A DNA stretch of 64,000 nucleotides, taken from the human T2T-CHM13v2.0 reference genome, Homo sapiens. The translations under genes and the position numbers were made by a program. The notes below the pieces were generated by a model. The model worked only from the letters and a program-made list of their open reading frames with translations. It searched no databases and was not told where the DNA came from. Positions 1 to 18,400 of this stretch are shown in pieces. Every line of letters starts with the position of its first letter. The first letter of the stretch is position 1. Where the stretch lies: assembly GCF_009914755.1 (NCBI RefSeq), contig NC_060937.1; one strand, written 5' to 3'.

Positions 1-19
1 TGGCTGCCTCACATCTTCA

Positions 20-454
<435 letters not shown>

Positions 455-620
455 TCATTTTCCTACATACTGGAAACAGGGTGGTCATTCCTAAAACCTC
501 TGAGTCTGTCCCCACTACCGCCTAACTTCCTAGCCAAATCCAAGCCTTGAGAAACTCCGCTGGAACTGCCTGCTATTTCCCAACTGTGCCGACAACTTCA
601 TGGGTAAAAGATGCCATTGT

Positions 621-1023
<403 letters not shown>

Positions 1024-1214
1024 TCATCCCTTCATTCTTCCCGGCTCGCCACAGCTCAGCTACCTGGGCTTTCACTTCCTAAACACAAAACCTCTTCCTT
1101 CCCCAGCAGGGCTTCTGCATGTCCAGCCACCTCACCTAGAATCCTCCTGGGGCCTCCTCTCCACCACTGCCCCCTGGTTTCTGTGGCTAGGTGGTTTTCG
1201 GGTAAAAGTTAATA

Positions 1215-1505
1215 TTGTTTTTTGGTTTTTTTTTTCTTTTGGATTCAGGAGCTACGTGAGTGGTTTGTTACAAGGATTTATTGCATGACAGTGAGGTTTG
1301 GGCTTCAACTGATCCCATCACCCAGATAGTGAACACAGTGCCCAATAGGTAAGTTTTCAACCCTCTCCCTTCCTCCTGCCTTTTGGAATCCCCAGTGTCT
1401 ATTTTCCCATCTTTATGTCCCTGTGCACCCAATGCTTGCCTCCCACTTATAAGTGAAAACATGTGGTATTTGGATTTCTATTTTTGCATTAATTCACTTA
1501 GGGTA
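1215..1505 (-). mobile_element. L1 3' end fragment (L1PA/PB-type)
   Basis: T-tract followed by L1 3'UTR motifs (cccatcacccagatagtg, ctcccacttataagtgaaaacatg). Confidence 0.8.
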
Positions 1506-1599
1506 ATTGGCGTGGCTAGGTTTTTTGTACAATTCAGTTCTCAGCTTAAATGTCACATTCCAGAACATGCTTCCTAGCCCATGCTGTCTAGAGGGAAGC

Positions 1600-2816
<1,217 letters not shown>

Positions 2817-3435
2817 ATTTTCAATAAAAATGCAAAAGTAATTCAATGGAAAAGTATCATTTTTTCACCAAATGGTGCTGGAACAGATGGATGTTCATGT
2901 GCCAGAAAATGAACCTGAATCCATATCTTAGGCCCTATATGAAAATTAACTGAAATTGATCGTAGACCTAAACGTAAAACATAGATATATAAGACTTCTG
3001 TAAGAACACATGGAAAAAAAATATTGCACTCTCAGGTTAGGCAAAGATTTCATACATGTAACAACAAAAAGCACAATCCATAAAAGAAAACAATTGGTAA
3101 ACTAGATTTCATCAAAATTAAAAACTTCTGTTTTTTGAAGGGCACTATTAAGAAAATTAAAAGGTGGGGAGAAAACCACTACACACCTTTAGAATGGCTG
3201 AAACTCTTTAAGGTGATGATAACAAGTGCTGATGATAACAAGTGCTGTTGAGAATGCAGAGTTACTGGAACACTCATTCATTGCTGGTGGGAAAGTGAAA
3301 TGGTGCAAAGACTATGGAAAACAGTTTGGTAGTTTTTTAAAAAGTTAAAAATACCTACCACGTGACCCAGTCATTTGTACGTAGATATTACCCCAGGAGA
3401 AAAGAGCACATTTGTCCACACAAAGTCCTGTACCT
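2817..3435 (+). mobile_element. Old L1 (L1M) ORF2-end/3' fragment
   Basis: aaatggtgctggaac, ggttaggcaaagatttc, ctggtgggaaagtgaaatgg motifs. Confidence 0.8.
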
Positions 3436-3559
3436 GTTATTTAGGCAGTAAACTTATATTGCATCAAGTCACAGAAATGCTGGGGTCTGGACAAGGCGTG
3501 GTAATGGGGACTCAGGATGGTGGACACATGGAGGGACTGTTTAGGTAGAACTGGCTGGC

Positions 3560-4386
3560 GGTCTTCTTATTTGGTTTGGGCTGCTATAACAAAATGCCAT
3601 AAACTGGGTGGCTTATAAACAACAGACATTTATCTCTGACAGTTCTAAAGGCTGGGAAGTCCATGTGAAAGGAAAATATCTTGGGACTCCAAAATCACTA
3701 AGGAAAACTCAAGCCGGGAACTGCTTAGGGCAAACCTGCCTCCCATTCTATTCAAAGTCATTCCTCTACTCACTGAGATAGATGCATATCTGATTTGCCA
3801 CCTTTGGAAAGGCTAATGAAAAATTCAAAAGGATGTAACCATTTGTGTATCACCTATCTGTGGTCTGGAAGCTCCCTCCCTGCTTCCAGCCTTCCTGCCT
3901 TTGCTTCAAGTTTTCCCGCCTTTCCAGACCGAACCAGTGTTTCTTACATATATTAATTGATGCCTCATGTCTCCCTAAATGTATAAAACCAAGCTGTGCC
4001 CTGACCACCTTGGGCACATGTCATCAGGATTTCCTGAGGCTGTGTCACAAGCACGTCCTCAACCTTGGCAAAATAAACTTTCCAAATTAACTAAGACCTG
4101 TCTCAGATTTTCTGGTTCACATCCGAGAACACTGCATCAGCAGATTCAATGTCTGGTGAGCGCCACCTTCTGGTTCACAGGTGATACTGTCTCTCTTCAT
4201 TCCCACATGGTAGAAGGGACGGGACAGCTATCTGAGGCCTCTTTTCTAAAGGCACCAACCCCTTTCATCAGGCCTCTGTCTTCACGGCTTAACCACCTGC
4301 CAAAGCCCTCATCTCTGATACCATCATCTTGGGGCTTAGATTTCAACACAGAAATTTGCCGGGACACAAACATTCAGCCCATGGCG
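3560..4386 (-). mobile_element. MLT1A-type MaLR LTR split by a MER4-type LTR
   Basis: ctgctataacaaaatgccat...gctgggaagtcca, resuming after the insert and ending gggacacaaacattcagcccatggc. Confidence 0.8.
3664..4121 (+). mobile_element. ERV1 solo LTR (MER4A-like)
   Basis: TG...CA termini, tgtgaaaggaaaatatcttggg start, TATA-like gtataaaa and aataaa; 4-bp TSD tcca/tccg. Confidence 0.8.
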
Positions 4387-4899
4387 GTGATGTACTGGAT
4401 GCGGAGGAGAGTGGAGAGATACCTGAAAAGCAAGACAGAAAATTCAGGGACTGGGAAGTTACTCTGTGGGTCAAAGGAACGAATTCAGAGTGGGACATGT
4501 TGAGTTTGAGTTTTCCAGTATGCAGTTAGCTGTATGGGCTTAGCAAAATGAAATTTAACAATATGCTATTACTAAGTTATTTGTTATCTGGAGTTTACAT
4601 ATTCAACTTTTAAAAGATAAGTAAATCTTAACGTTAAAACAATTATGAGAATACAGATTGTTATAAAATTCTCACAAGGATATTATTCCTTCTGAATATG
4701 AACCACTTCAGTAAGGCCTCCTACCGCACTGGACTCTCCCCTGAATAAAACCTACTGTCACCAAGCCAGTACTCGATCAACGGTTTTGAAAAGTAGGTTT
4801 TACTAATTCTCAGACAATCTCCTGTTTCACAGCAGAACCCCAAAGACTCCCACAGGCTGCACAAACAAATAAAAGCACATTTTGTAACAACAGCCAATA

Positions 4900-6150
<1,251 letters not shown>

Positions 6151-6600
6151 CTAATTGGTCAACATATAATTGCATAACCAAATTCTTACGGGCAAATCAG
6201 GTCTTTTAGAGAAGAAAAAAAATAAAGTTTAATTCAGTGGAATTAACATGGTTGGAAAAATGATTTGTTTGCGCAGAGTCCCAGAGCTAACAGTAATAAA
6301 CATAATACTTAACTTTAAAAATGCTTGAACTTTTCTCCAAAGAACATATTTCCACCATCAGGGGAAGTGTTGATTTTCATATTATTCAAGCTATCTTTTA
6401 TCCCTCTAAATATGAACATTTTGCAAGTAGTGTGGCTACTCATTTCCTGATAATAGACATATTCTAATAGCTAGACACGGAAGTATTTTCTAAAATGCCA
6501 CATTTGCTATCTAGAGACACAACCACTGAAAGGAAGTCTGCTAATTAAGACCCCAAGATGACTATCATTTTATAAACTAACAGACCTACTTTCATCATAA

Positions 6601-6889
<289 letters not shown>

Positions 6890-9294
6890 TTAATTAATTA
6901 ATTAGTTTTTCATTTTACTAAGAGGCTCAGCATAGTTTTCAATCCCCTACTTCATTTAAAATACAAACCCAAAATATCAAAATTTGAAACTTGTTGAGAT
7001 TTTCCATGTAGTGTAAAATGACCAGTGACTGTGCTTCACTCTGGATATGCTGGACTCACTGCACCAGGAGATCCCTCCATGTTTTCAATCCGAGGAAACT
7101 GCAGGCATCTAGGTCTGAGACAGAATACAACAGCAGAAACAGCCTTCAGTGACGGACATTCCTGTGGCTAAATGACTGCTGAATGGCCCTGCTGCTCTCT
7201 CAAGGCTAAGACATCGAAGCTGAAGACAACGCTGTTTCACAAAGGAACAAACCAAAGAGAATAAATTAGAGTGGAGAAATCCTCCCCTCTAAAAGTTTTC
7301 TCAGTGAGACCTTCCCTACCTCTTGTATAAAAAGGAGAAAATACCATTATTCTCGCAGCCTCATAGTAACAGAGAGGATGCATGGATAAAAGGGGTTGAT
7401 ACTTGAGAGGCATTTGGGATTCTTAGAGAAGACATGTTCCATTTTAGGCTGGTTTTTAGAAAGAACAGAGAGGGCCTTAGAAACTGATCAAAACCCTCTT
7501 CCTGCAGACAACACATCTAAATATTTGGGAATTTGGCTTGATAAGCATTTGTGCATTTGTGCAAGACTTGCACCCAGGTCCCCTGATGCTCCTCTGGCCC
7601 ATTTTATTCTGTGCCTCGCCATCCAAATAAAATTCTCAGATGCTCTAATCTTCGTGTTACAAAGGCTTCGTGCAACAAAAATATATTTCACTTGTTTGGA
7701 ATTTGGCATGTATTTTCCTTAGAAACAGGGTATATGATGACTAGGTCCCCAAACCAGCCCAAACACCTAATGTGTACATGTGAGACCTTGGTATGCTAAA
7801 AACACCTGCAAACCTAACACCCTGGAACTGAATTTGTCATTCCAACTTGAAATGCCAGGAAGGATGGAATGAGCGACAGCTGCACTTCTTTCTGGGGACC
7901 CCTCCAGCTCCATATCACTGCTGATATCATGAAGAGGGGAGCTGAGCTCCATGGGTGAGGAGCAGGGCACTTGAAGGTAATCCAGGGACACTTGGTCCCC
8001 AGGCTGGCTTCCTCGTCCCTGGGTGTCTCTTCTTCCATCCGTCTCAGCATATGGACCGCTGGCTGTTTTCCTCTCTTTAGTCACTGTCTAGGGTTGTGAC
8101 CAGTGTTTTTCTCCTCTGCCCTGATGTTGCCCTCAACACAGTCTTATATTCTTATGTTGCCTGTGTATCCTTCTGTCCTGGAAATGAACACTCAGGCAGT
8201 CTTTTAGGACTTTCCAATGATTTACGACTACTATCAATAATGAAGAAAGACAGCCTTCTCTTCCTCTCCTGCAGCCCAGTCCCTTTTATTTCCTTCAGAC
8301 CCTGATGAAATTCCTCCAGGAAGATAAGGCTTGAAACCCCACAGCCAGACTCACACTGGGGTAGACACAACCAGAGCTAGGATTTCTTGAGCCATACTCA
8401 TTGGACTGGAGGAAGACCCTCGGCTGAAAAGTGGGACAGAGCCTGGATTGGGGTTGGGGTGATGAGAATGTGCAGAAGACAGGCATACGGAAAGAAGCCA
8501 CAGCAGGGGAGGATCTGGGTCTCTGGCCACTGAGCCCCAGCAACAGGCATTCCTAGGTGGCTGTGCCACAACACAACCTTTCCAGTGATTCCCTGGTGCA
8601 TGGCCGCTCACCCTCAGCCGGATTATAAACTACTCAGGAAGAAAGGTCGTGACACATCTTGTGCCCCCATCAGCACTGAGTATACAGGGAGTGACTGATC
8701 AATATTTGTTGAGTGGCTTGAACTTCCAAGCCACTCAATGTCATTACCATCTTCAGTAGCAGAGGGGAAGAAAGGGCATTTCACTATGCCACACCTGAGG
8801 AAGTCATCAACAGCCAGAACAATCATTTTTCCTCATCTTTATACATTTGTGTTTGCTTGTTCTGTTCCTTAATTTCAGGGGAGTGTGTCTGTGGTGAGCA
8901 AAAGCACCAACTGAAGAGACCAGCTCACCTCCCGACTCTGTGCCATGTGATGTGCACAGCCGGCCAGTTACACAGATGTCTGGCTCAAATAAGGAGAAAC
9001 AGACCATTCGGTATACCTTGCAGGGACTTGCACTCACTTTCAAAGCTGACTTTTCAAACTCCAAGTGCTGGCACCGATCCCTGTATGCACAGCTCTGAGA
9101 AATAGGCAGCGTTTTTTGGCTGGGATACCAGTAGCTGTTCCACACAAGAACCTGTTTCTGAAAGCACCTATCAAGGAAAGCTACTGGATCTTGTTCAAGC
9201 AGTGCATTCTGAACGCTTTCTCTGTTCCTTGGGAAAGCGCCACCGGCCGGGAGTATTGGAGCCCTGCTCTTCAGCAGGGATACTGCAGAATTTA

Positions 9295-9815
<521 letters not shown>

Positions 9816-10750
9816 GCCTCTTTCAGCAAATGAGAAGACATTAAATGAATAAAGTAGACAACTACTCTCCCTCCCTTTGAAGGCAGAATATGAAGTAATG
9901 AAGGAAGTTAAGGACACAAACCCAAGTACTTTGAAACTCTGATGATTGAAGAATACCAAAACTTCTGTGGCAGAAGACACTAGAACTTTCTTCTCTGGCC
10001 GACTTGAAACAGTATTGATTCCTATTGCAAAGTAGTGCTGTGTAGTCCAGCCAAGGTCAAGGCACTGACTACAAGACCTGCAGGCTTCGCTCCGGACCCT
10101 GTTATTTTATGACCACATATTTTAATAATTTGAGTCTTTTCCACACATTCCAATTATAACCTTGTTAGTTGCTCAATGCCTCAGAGAAAACCTTCAAATT
10201 CTACTGTCTGCCCTTTACAAACAGCCTGAGATACTCACAGGTATCTTGTTGGAAATAAGCATGTATAATGCCATGCAGGTAGAAGGTTGCCCTGACTTAC
10301 CTTCGTGGCCAGGACGCTTGTGAGACCTACGCTTCGCCATCTGTGTGGTGTTGCCATTTCATTTTCATCAGGCCTGTGGTACTGCACAGGCAGCGAATAT
10401 GACTCTGATCACTCCACAGCTCAAAAAAGGCAGACAGACAGGTCACCCATAGCTGGAACTGGAGCTGTCATCAGCTTCATCTGCCCTCTTCAAAACTTGA
10501 CGGGGTTTGAAGCTGGCCCTGCAGAGGTGAGAGTGAAAATAAAGTACAAAGCAAGATAAATATAGAATTCAGTTCTGGATTTTTTTTTTTAAACAACCAA
10601 CAGAATATACTAATGTAAAAATAAATGGCCACAACTCACTCAACCATTTATTTGTGCTAGGAGAGAGTACTAATGGGAATAACGAAGCAATTGAAACAGG
10701 TCAACAGGTCTTGTCTTCAAAGTCATAGACCAGTGTCACCTTTTTTATTC

Positions 10751-11118
10751 TGTTATGGGCTCAAAATTCACATGGTGAAGTCCTAACCCCAGGGCCTCAG
10801 AATCAGACTATATTTGGAGATAGGGTCATGATAGAGGTAATTAAGGTATGATGAGGTTATATAGGTGAGCACTAATCCAATATGACCGGTGTCCTTATAA
10901 GGGGAGATTAGGTCACAGACAATACAGACAGAGGGACGACCATGTGAGGACTCACTGAGCAGGTGGCTGTCTGCAAGCCAAAGAGCCAGGCCTCAGAAGG
11001 AACCATCCCTGCAGACTCACTGGTCTCATGCTCCCAGCCCCCAGCACCAGGAGACAATCAGTGTCTGTTGCTTACGCCCCCGGGCTGTGGTATTTTGTGA
11101 TGGCAGCCCTAGCAGAGA
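10751..11118 (+). mobile_element. MLT1B/C-type MaLR LTR
   Basis: tgttatgggc start, tatttggagatagggtc, ctaatccaatatgac, tggcagccctagca end. Confidence 0.85.
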
Positions 11119-11285
11119 CATTCTCTCTCGTCCCCTGAATCCCATTTTTTAACACTGACTGGTTTTCGATCCACTTCACTTGACTCTTTTTTCTTACCCT
11201 CACTTTCTTTTGCTTCGTGGAGCCCCTCTCCAGCTCCTCCTTTCACCTGCTCTGCCTCTTTCTTTGTCTTTTAAAAGAGTTTCTC

Positions 11286-11590
<305 letters not shown>

Positions 11591-13539
11591 TTAAGATAAT
11601 GCAGTGGAAAATGCTTTGTATATAAATCACCATAGCTCAGTTTTTCTACCTGTAAAATAGATACTCCCTAGCATTTTACAGTATAGCAGTCATGAAAAAA
11701 AAAATCAGCCAATAAATAAAACTTCTGTGACTCCGAATAGTATATATTAAAGGATTATTTCTACTGTGGTTTTCATCAGCCTGGTAAAGCTTATTTTTGT
11801 TTTTTCTGCCAGTTAACATTTATGAAAAGTGTTGTATTTTGTATTAGGAAGAGGATTCTAAATACACAAAAGACCTGGTTCTTGCCTTCAGGGATTCTGT
11901 AATCTATTTGAAAAAATTAAATTTTAACAGTGAAATCACTAATAAAATCAGTTCGAAGAGGTTTTCAGCATTGGGGCACACATACCTAAATCTCCATGCA
12001 GGACCAGCCAGGTCCATACCTGAACTTTCTAGGACAACTTTCTAGATGGAGATTTCTCCTATCACCTCTCTAATGTAACTACAAGTGGAAACTAACAAAT
12101 CTGACCAACATTTAAAAAGTTAATAAAAGTTTCAATAATAACTGGTGGGTTTGCTTCAAACAAATCTAATACTATATAGCAACTTATAGCATACTTATAG
12201 TATACTTTAAAATACAAGTGCCTCTAAATGTCTTAAAATCATAAATAACAAAATTTTAATTTTCTCAACAACTTCTCAGAAACCCTGGGGAAAAAAAGGT
12301 TATGGACAACAGCAACATTCCAGTAGGAAAAACACATATTCTTCAGAAATGCAATTGATATCTAACTTTAGAAATATGTGACTTTAGAAACATCTCAACC
12401 AAAAATAAAATTGCCTTATTATTATTTAGAAATTTGCACTTACCATTAAGAATGATCAAAATATAGTCCTTCAGGTAGTGAGGTTGTAGGGATCAAATGG
12501 CAGAATGTCCGGAAGCGCAGGTCATAGCAGTGGCTTTTGGATTAGGAGCCTGACTAACTGTGAGACATGAGGCTCATCACTGCACTTTTAGTGTTGGTCT
12601 CCTCCTGTTGTAAATGGAACCAATAGTGGCTGCCTTGAAAGAGCAAAGGCCACCACGCAGATGAACCCCGAAACTCAGCTGTGGTCAGTGTACCTCTCCC
12701 GGCCATTAGCAGGGGCTGTCCTGGTGGCGTCTCACGACAAGAATGTATCATAGTGGTTTACAACTGCTTCCTAGCATTTCCAGTTGCCTAAACTGTGAAT
12801 TTTTCTAATTCAATTTTGTATGTCCCTCTCACCACTTATCCCTCTTCTCCCAAGTCTAGCACTGTACACAGCACATAGAAGAGCCTTAATAAATGTTTGG
12901 TGAATGAATATATGAGTGAATGACTAACACAGAGAATTTGTAAAATGGAAGTACTACTGTAGCTACGAAAAACTGCTCTGGAAACGATCATTCAAACCCC
13001 TTGCCATTTTTTTCCCCATGGTGTATGGCTGAAACAAGTAATCTTTGAGATAATAAGACAAAATTATCTGGCATATCTAGAAAATACCCATCGAAATAGC
13101 ATGAAGTTGATTCTCTCTCGTCCTTTATGAAAGTCACACACTTCTAATATATTTTAAGATCCGACAGTAAAACTGTCTGAATTTTTAATACTGTGCCTGC
13201 TACCTGATGCCTGTGTTTTTCTTTTGCAAATTTTTTTGGCCAGTGTTTGAAAGGCTGAAGACCAATTCGTTTTCATGGATCCAAACCTGGTTCTGTATTT
13301 TCTTAAATGATAACAATTAAGAAATTCCCGTCAGTAGATGCTACTTGTAAACGAAGAAACTTTTTTTTTCCCTTTGGAATCTAGTAGTATTCTAACTTTT
13401 TCATGTCTTCTATCAGACCACAATTCAAATATTTTCCAAAGCAGAGGACGACGGCATTAAGCAGATGATAGCTCAGAAGCCTGATTCCCTACCCAAGGGA
13501 CAGAGGCTGTGAGATGACATTGAGAAAGAGACCCGGGTC

Positions 13540-14300
13540 CAGTGAAGCATCAGACACGCTGGCGCATGGGGACGAGGAGCCCTGGAGACTCAGGGCCCGT
13601 CTGGTGCGGCCCAGGCTTTGCTCCGCGCTCGCCCCCTGCAGCTGCCGGGGCCGCCGCAACTTTTCAAACCTCACCGCACCGACAGCTCTGTCCCTTCTTT
13701 TATCTGGAGACGCTGAGCCTCATCAACTCTCACCTGCGTTTCAGGAAAAATAATAATAATAATAAATGTTCCACGGACACAGGATTTCGGCCAAATGCTG
13801 CTTAGCTCTACCTTCCCCAAAAGGGCGGGAGGGGTGGCAACCAGTAGCGAAACCCCGCTTGCCTGTCTCAGCAACTCTCCCACGTCCGCAGGAGGCCTTG
13901 CGGGGATCCGAGCATCCCGCTCCGAGATGGAAGTGGTAGGACAGTCCGGGAGAAGCCGACGGGAAACTGTCCTGGGCGCGCACCGCCCCCGTGCCCTGCG
14001 CCCTCCTCATTTGCTCGGCCAGCGCGGGACCTCCCAGCCGCTGGGCCCGCGACCGCGGCGAATCAGTCTCCGCTTCCCCGCCCAGCAGAGCTCAGATCTG
14101 CTCTGGAGGGCTCTCGGGATGCCGCCTTTCCCTGGAGATGAGCAGTTCTGCGTCACCCTCCGTGGCCAGCGCGGCTTCCAGGGCTGGGCTGGGCTATTGT
14201 TTGCTGTTCTTGAAAGGACGTGGGGAGGGTGGGAGGGTGGGAGGGTGGGAGGGCCGGGGCTGAGCCGGGGCAGGCAGACCTGGGGTGGATTCCTTGCAGG
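13540..14300. promoter_or_regulatory. Non-repeat CpG island-like region (orphan promoter/enhancer candidate)
   Basis: High GC with dense CpGs (gggcgcgcaccgccccc, gaccgcggcg) and GC boxes gggcggga; no repeat signature recognised. Confidence 0.65.
14222..14259 (+). repeat. (GGGAGGGT)n G-tract array, predicted G-quadruplex
   Basis: ggggagggtgggagggtgggagggtgggagggccgggg: nine G3+ tracts. Confidence 0.8.
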
Positions 14301-14570
14301 GATTTTCTCTCCTGCTTCTCCCAGTCCCTTGCTGTCGCATATTCATAAGAAGGCGGGGTCGCTTCCCATCGCCTTTGAATCTTCCAGGCTTGTGGGTGAG
14401 AGGAAAAGATCTGGGGCAGACAGGGTTTGGGAGGGATCACTAGGAGGAGAATAGGGTGGGAGAAAGAGCGGTGATATAGACAAATAAGCAAACATAGGGT
14501 TCCTGTTCACAATTTCTTCCTCAACTCTTAGGCAGCAAGCGCGCGTGAGGACACGCACACACACACACAT

Positions 14571-15038
14571 TTATTTTTTCTTTAACTTTTATTTTAGATT
14601 CAGGGGTACATGTGCAGGTTTGTTATATACGTAAACTCGTGTTAAGGAGTTTGTTGTACACGTTATATCATCACCCAGGTACTAAACCTAGTCCTCGAGT
14701 TATTTTTCCTGATGCTCTCCCTCCTCCCACCCTCCACCCTCCAGTAGGTCCCAGTGTGTCTTGTTCCCCTCTATGTGTCCATGTGTTCTCATCATTTAGT
14801 TCCCACTTATAAGCGAGAATATGCAGTATCTGGTTTTCTCTTCCTGCGGTTAGTTTGCTAAGGATAATGGCCTCCAGCTGTATGTGCCTGCAAAGGACAT
14901 CATCTCCTTCCTTGTTATGGCTGCGTAGTATTCCAAGGTGCATATGTACCACATTTTCTTTCTCCAGTCTACCATCGATGGGCATTTAGGTTGGTTCTAT
15001 GTTTTTGTTATTGTGAATAGTGCTGCAGTGAACATACG
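14571..15038 (-). mobile_element. L1PA 3' end, 5'-truncated
   Basis: ggggtacatgtgcaggtttgtta...cccacttataagcgagaatatgcag. Confidence 0.9.
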
Positions 15039-15430
15039 ACACACACCATTTCTTAATGCCTGAATTGAGCACAAGAAATTTTGAGGAAGTCCTGACTAAG
15101 CCCCTTTGTCCTAATTATAGTATTAGACTTAGATGGGGACATTTTTTTTTAACCAAGGATTTTTAACCATGATTTGAACTATGTGCTCCTCATCCATAAA
15201 GAAAGCAGTTAAAAATATATATATGCAGTCTTTGCTAGCTGCACTGATTTTTGCATTAATTTATTGAATTTTATCATAATTGATTAGTCCTTTGCTTTTT
15301 AATGTAGTGCAGCCCTTCATTATATCATAACCCAAATAACCCAGTCTTTCTGATGTATAAATAGTCAAGTTGCTACTGGAATCCCATTTGCAGAAAATAA
15401 AAGGAAACAGTGTAAGAAAAATGACAGGCC

Positions 15431-18400
15431 GATAGCTCCAGACAGAGAAGCATGCAGATATTCGCATTGTGAATTTAAGCTCCAGATCAACTGCAAGAAC
15501 AAACCAGCAATCCTGAGAGGACCCAAGACCCTCTGAAGGAAGCAGACTGCTACTGCAGGACCTGGGAGACACACCAAATACTGTGAGTGCCCCAACAGCA
15601 GAAGTGGGAAAGGGAGACCCTCCTCACCCAAACACACACCCCCACTGGAGAAACTGAAGGTCCGTTTGCAGAAGTTTCCGACCTTACCTGTAGCTTAGTC
15701 AATTTAGAGAGCAGGGTGAAATACAGGGGTAGAGGAAGCAGCAGAAAGGCCCTGGGGGCTCGCTGGGTCCCCAAGCAACCCATTCCTGCCTGGCACCACA
15801 GGAATTCATAGGAAGGGCGGTCAGAAGAGCAGGGGGTAAGAAGCCACAGGGAGACGGAAATCTCTAGCTGAACTTTACAACAATTTGAGCGGAGCGAGAA
15901 GCCTCCTGGCCAGAACTCAGGGAGGGCACAAATCTGGTGTGCAGACTCCACAGGCAGGGGAAGAACCAAGCCCTTTTCTTTCGCAGCTGGGAGGCAGGTA
16001 GCCTGGGGCGAGTTTTCAAGCCCCTCTTGCACACAGCCTGGAAACAGACTGGGGGCTGTTAAAGGGGGTGCACGGTAGAAGTGAGACCAGCCCTTCAGTT
16101 CGCATGGGAGCTGGGTGAGGACTGTGTCTGCTGGCTTTCTCCCACTTCCCTGACAATCTGCATGATTCAGCAAAGGCAGCCATAATCCTCCTAGGCACAC
16201 AACTCCAGTGACCTGAGAATCCCATCCATCCCCCACAACAGCCACAGCAAGACCCACCCAAGGAGAGTCTGAGCTCAGACACACCTAGCTCTGCCCCCAT
16301 CTGATGGTTCTTCCCTACCCACCCTGGTAGCTGAAGACAAAGGGCATATAATCTTGGGAGTTCTAGGACTCTGCCCACCACCAGTTCTGCTCCATACTAC
16401 CACCACTGATGCTCTCTGGAAAGTGCCACCTCCTGGCAGGAGGCCAACCAGCAAAACCAGCACAAAAATAGAACATTAAATCACCAAAGCTAAGGATCCT
16501 CATGGAGTCCACTGCAGCTACCCCCTCCCCCACCCCACCACCTCCACCAGAATAGGTGCTCGTATCCATGGCTGAGAGACCCATAGACGGCTCACATCAC
16601 AGGACTGTGCAGACAACCCCCAGTACCAGCTTGGAGCCTGGTAGACTTGCTGGGTTGCTGGACCCAGAAGAGGGACAACAATCACAGCAGTTCAGCTCAC
16701 GGAAAGCCACATCCACAGGAAAAGGGGGAGAGTACTACATCAAGAGAACACCCTGTGTGACAGTAATCTGAAAAACAGCCTTCAGCCCTAGACCTTCCCT
16801 CTGACCCTATCCAAATGAGAAAGAACCAGAAACCCAACCCTAGTAATATGACAAAACAAGTCTCTTTAACAGCAGTCAGAAATCACACTAGTTCACCAGC
16901 AATGGATTGAAACCAAGAAGAAATCCCTGATTTACCTGAAAAAGAATTCAAGAGGTTAGTTATTAAGCTAATCAGGGAGTTACCAGAGAAAGGTGAAGCC
17001 CAATGGAAAGAAATTTTAAAAAACAATATAAGAAGTGAAGGGAGAAATATTCAAGGAAATAGATACCTTAAAGAAAAAACAATAAAAAATTCTGGAAACT
17101 TTGGACACACTTTTAGAAATGAGAAATGCTCTGGAAGGTCTCAGCAATAGAATTGAACAAGTAGAAGAAAGAAATTCAGAGCTTGAAGACAAGGTCTTCA
17201 AATTTACCCAATCAAACAAAGACCAAAAAAAAAAAAAAAAAGAACAAGAAAATATAAACAAAGCCTCCAAGAAGTCTGGGATTATGTTAAACAAGCAAAC
17301 CTAAGAATAATCAGTGTTTCTGAAGAAGAAGAAAATTCTGAAAGCTTCGAAAGCATATTTGGGGGAATAACCGAGGAAAATTTCCACAGCCTTGCTAGAC
17401 TTCTAGACATCCAAACACAAGAAGCCAAAGAACACCAGGGAAATTCATCACAAAATATCATCACCTAGGCACATTGTCATCAGGTTATCCAAAGTTAAGG
17501 CAAAGGACAGAATCTTAAGAGCTGTGAGACAAAGCACCAGGTAATCTATAAAAGAAAACCTATCATCAGATTAATAGCAAATTTCTCAGCAGAAACCTTA
17601 CAAGCTAGAAGGGAATGGGACCCTATCTTCAGCTTCCTTAATCAAAACAATTTATCAGCCAAGAATTTTCTAACCAGCGAAAATAAACATCATTTATGAA
17701 GGAAAGATACAGTCTTTTTAAGACAAACAAAGGCTGAGAGAATTTGCCATTACCAAGCCACCACTACAAGAACTACTAAAATTTCAAAGCTCTAAATCTT
17801 GAAACAAATCCTGGAAACACATCCAAACAGAACCTCTTTAAAGCATAAATCACTCCAGACCTATAAAACAAAAATACAAGTTAAAAAGCAAAAACAAGAA
17901 AACCAAAGTACACAGTAAACAAAGAACATGATGAATGCAACAATACCTCACATTTCAATACTAACATTAAATGTAAATGGCCTAAATATTCCACTTAAAA
18001 GATATAGAACTTTAGAATGGATACAAACTCACCAACCAACTACCTGCTGCCTTCAACAAACAAAACTAACACATAAGGACTCACATACACTTGAACTAAA
18101 GGGGTGGGAAAAGGCATTTCACGCAAATGAACACCAAAAGTGAGCAGGGGTAGTTATTCTTATATCAGAAAACAAACTTTAAAGCAATAGCAGTTAAATG
18201 AGACAAAAAAAGACATTGTATAAGGCTAAAAGGCCTTGTCCAACAGGAAAATATCACAATCCTAAACATATATGCACCTAACACTGGAGCTCCCAAATTT
18301 ATAAAGCAGTTACTAATAGACCTAAGAAATGAGATAGACAGCAACATAATAATAGTGGGGGACACTACTGACAGCACTACACAGATCATCAAGACAGAAA

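Noticed and set aside
13830-13880. RFX X-box-like half sites (ggcaac, agcaac) in the CpG island
   Set aside because: Only half-site matches; too weak to call.
13795-14454. 219-aa ORF in the CpG island
   Set aside because: No recognisable domain; long ORFs are expected by chance in GC-rich DNA.
15550-16284. 244-aa antisense ORF
   Set aside because: Lies in the L1 5'UTR, has a non-ATG start and no domain; I cannot tie it to L1 ORF0.
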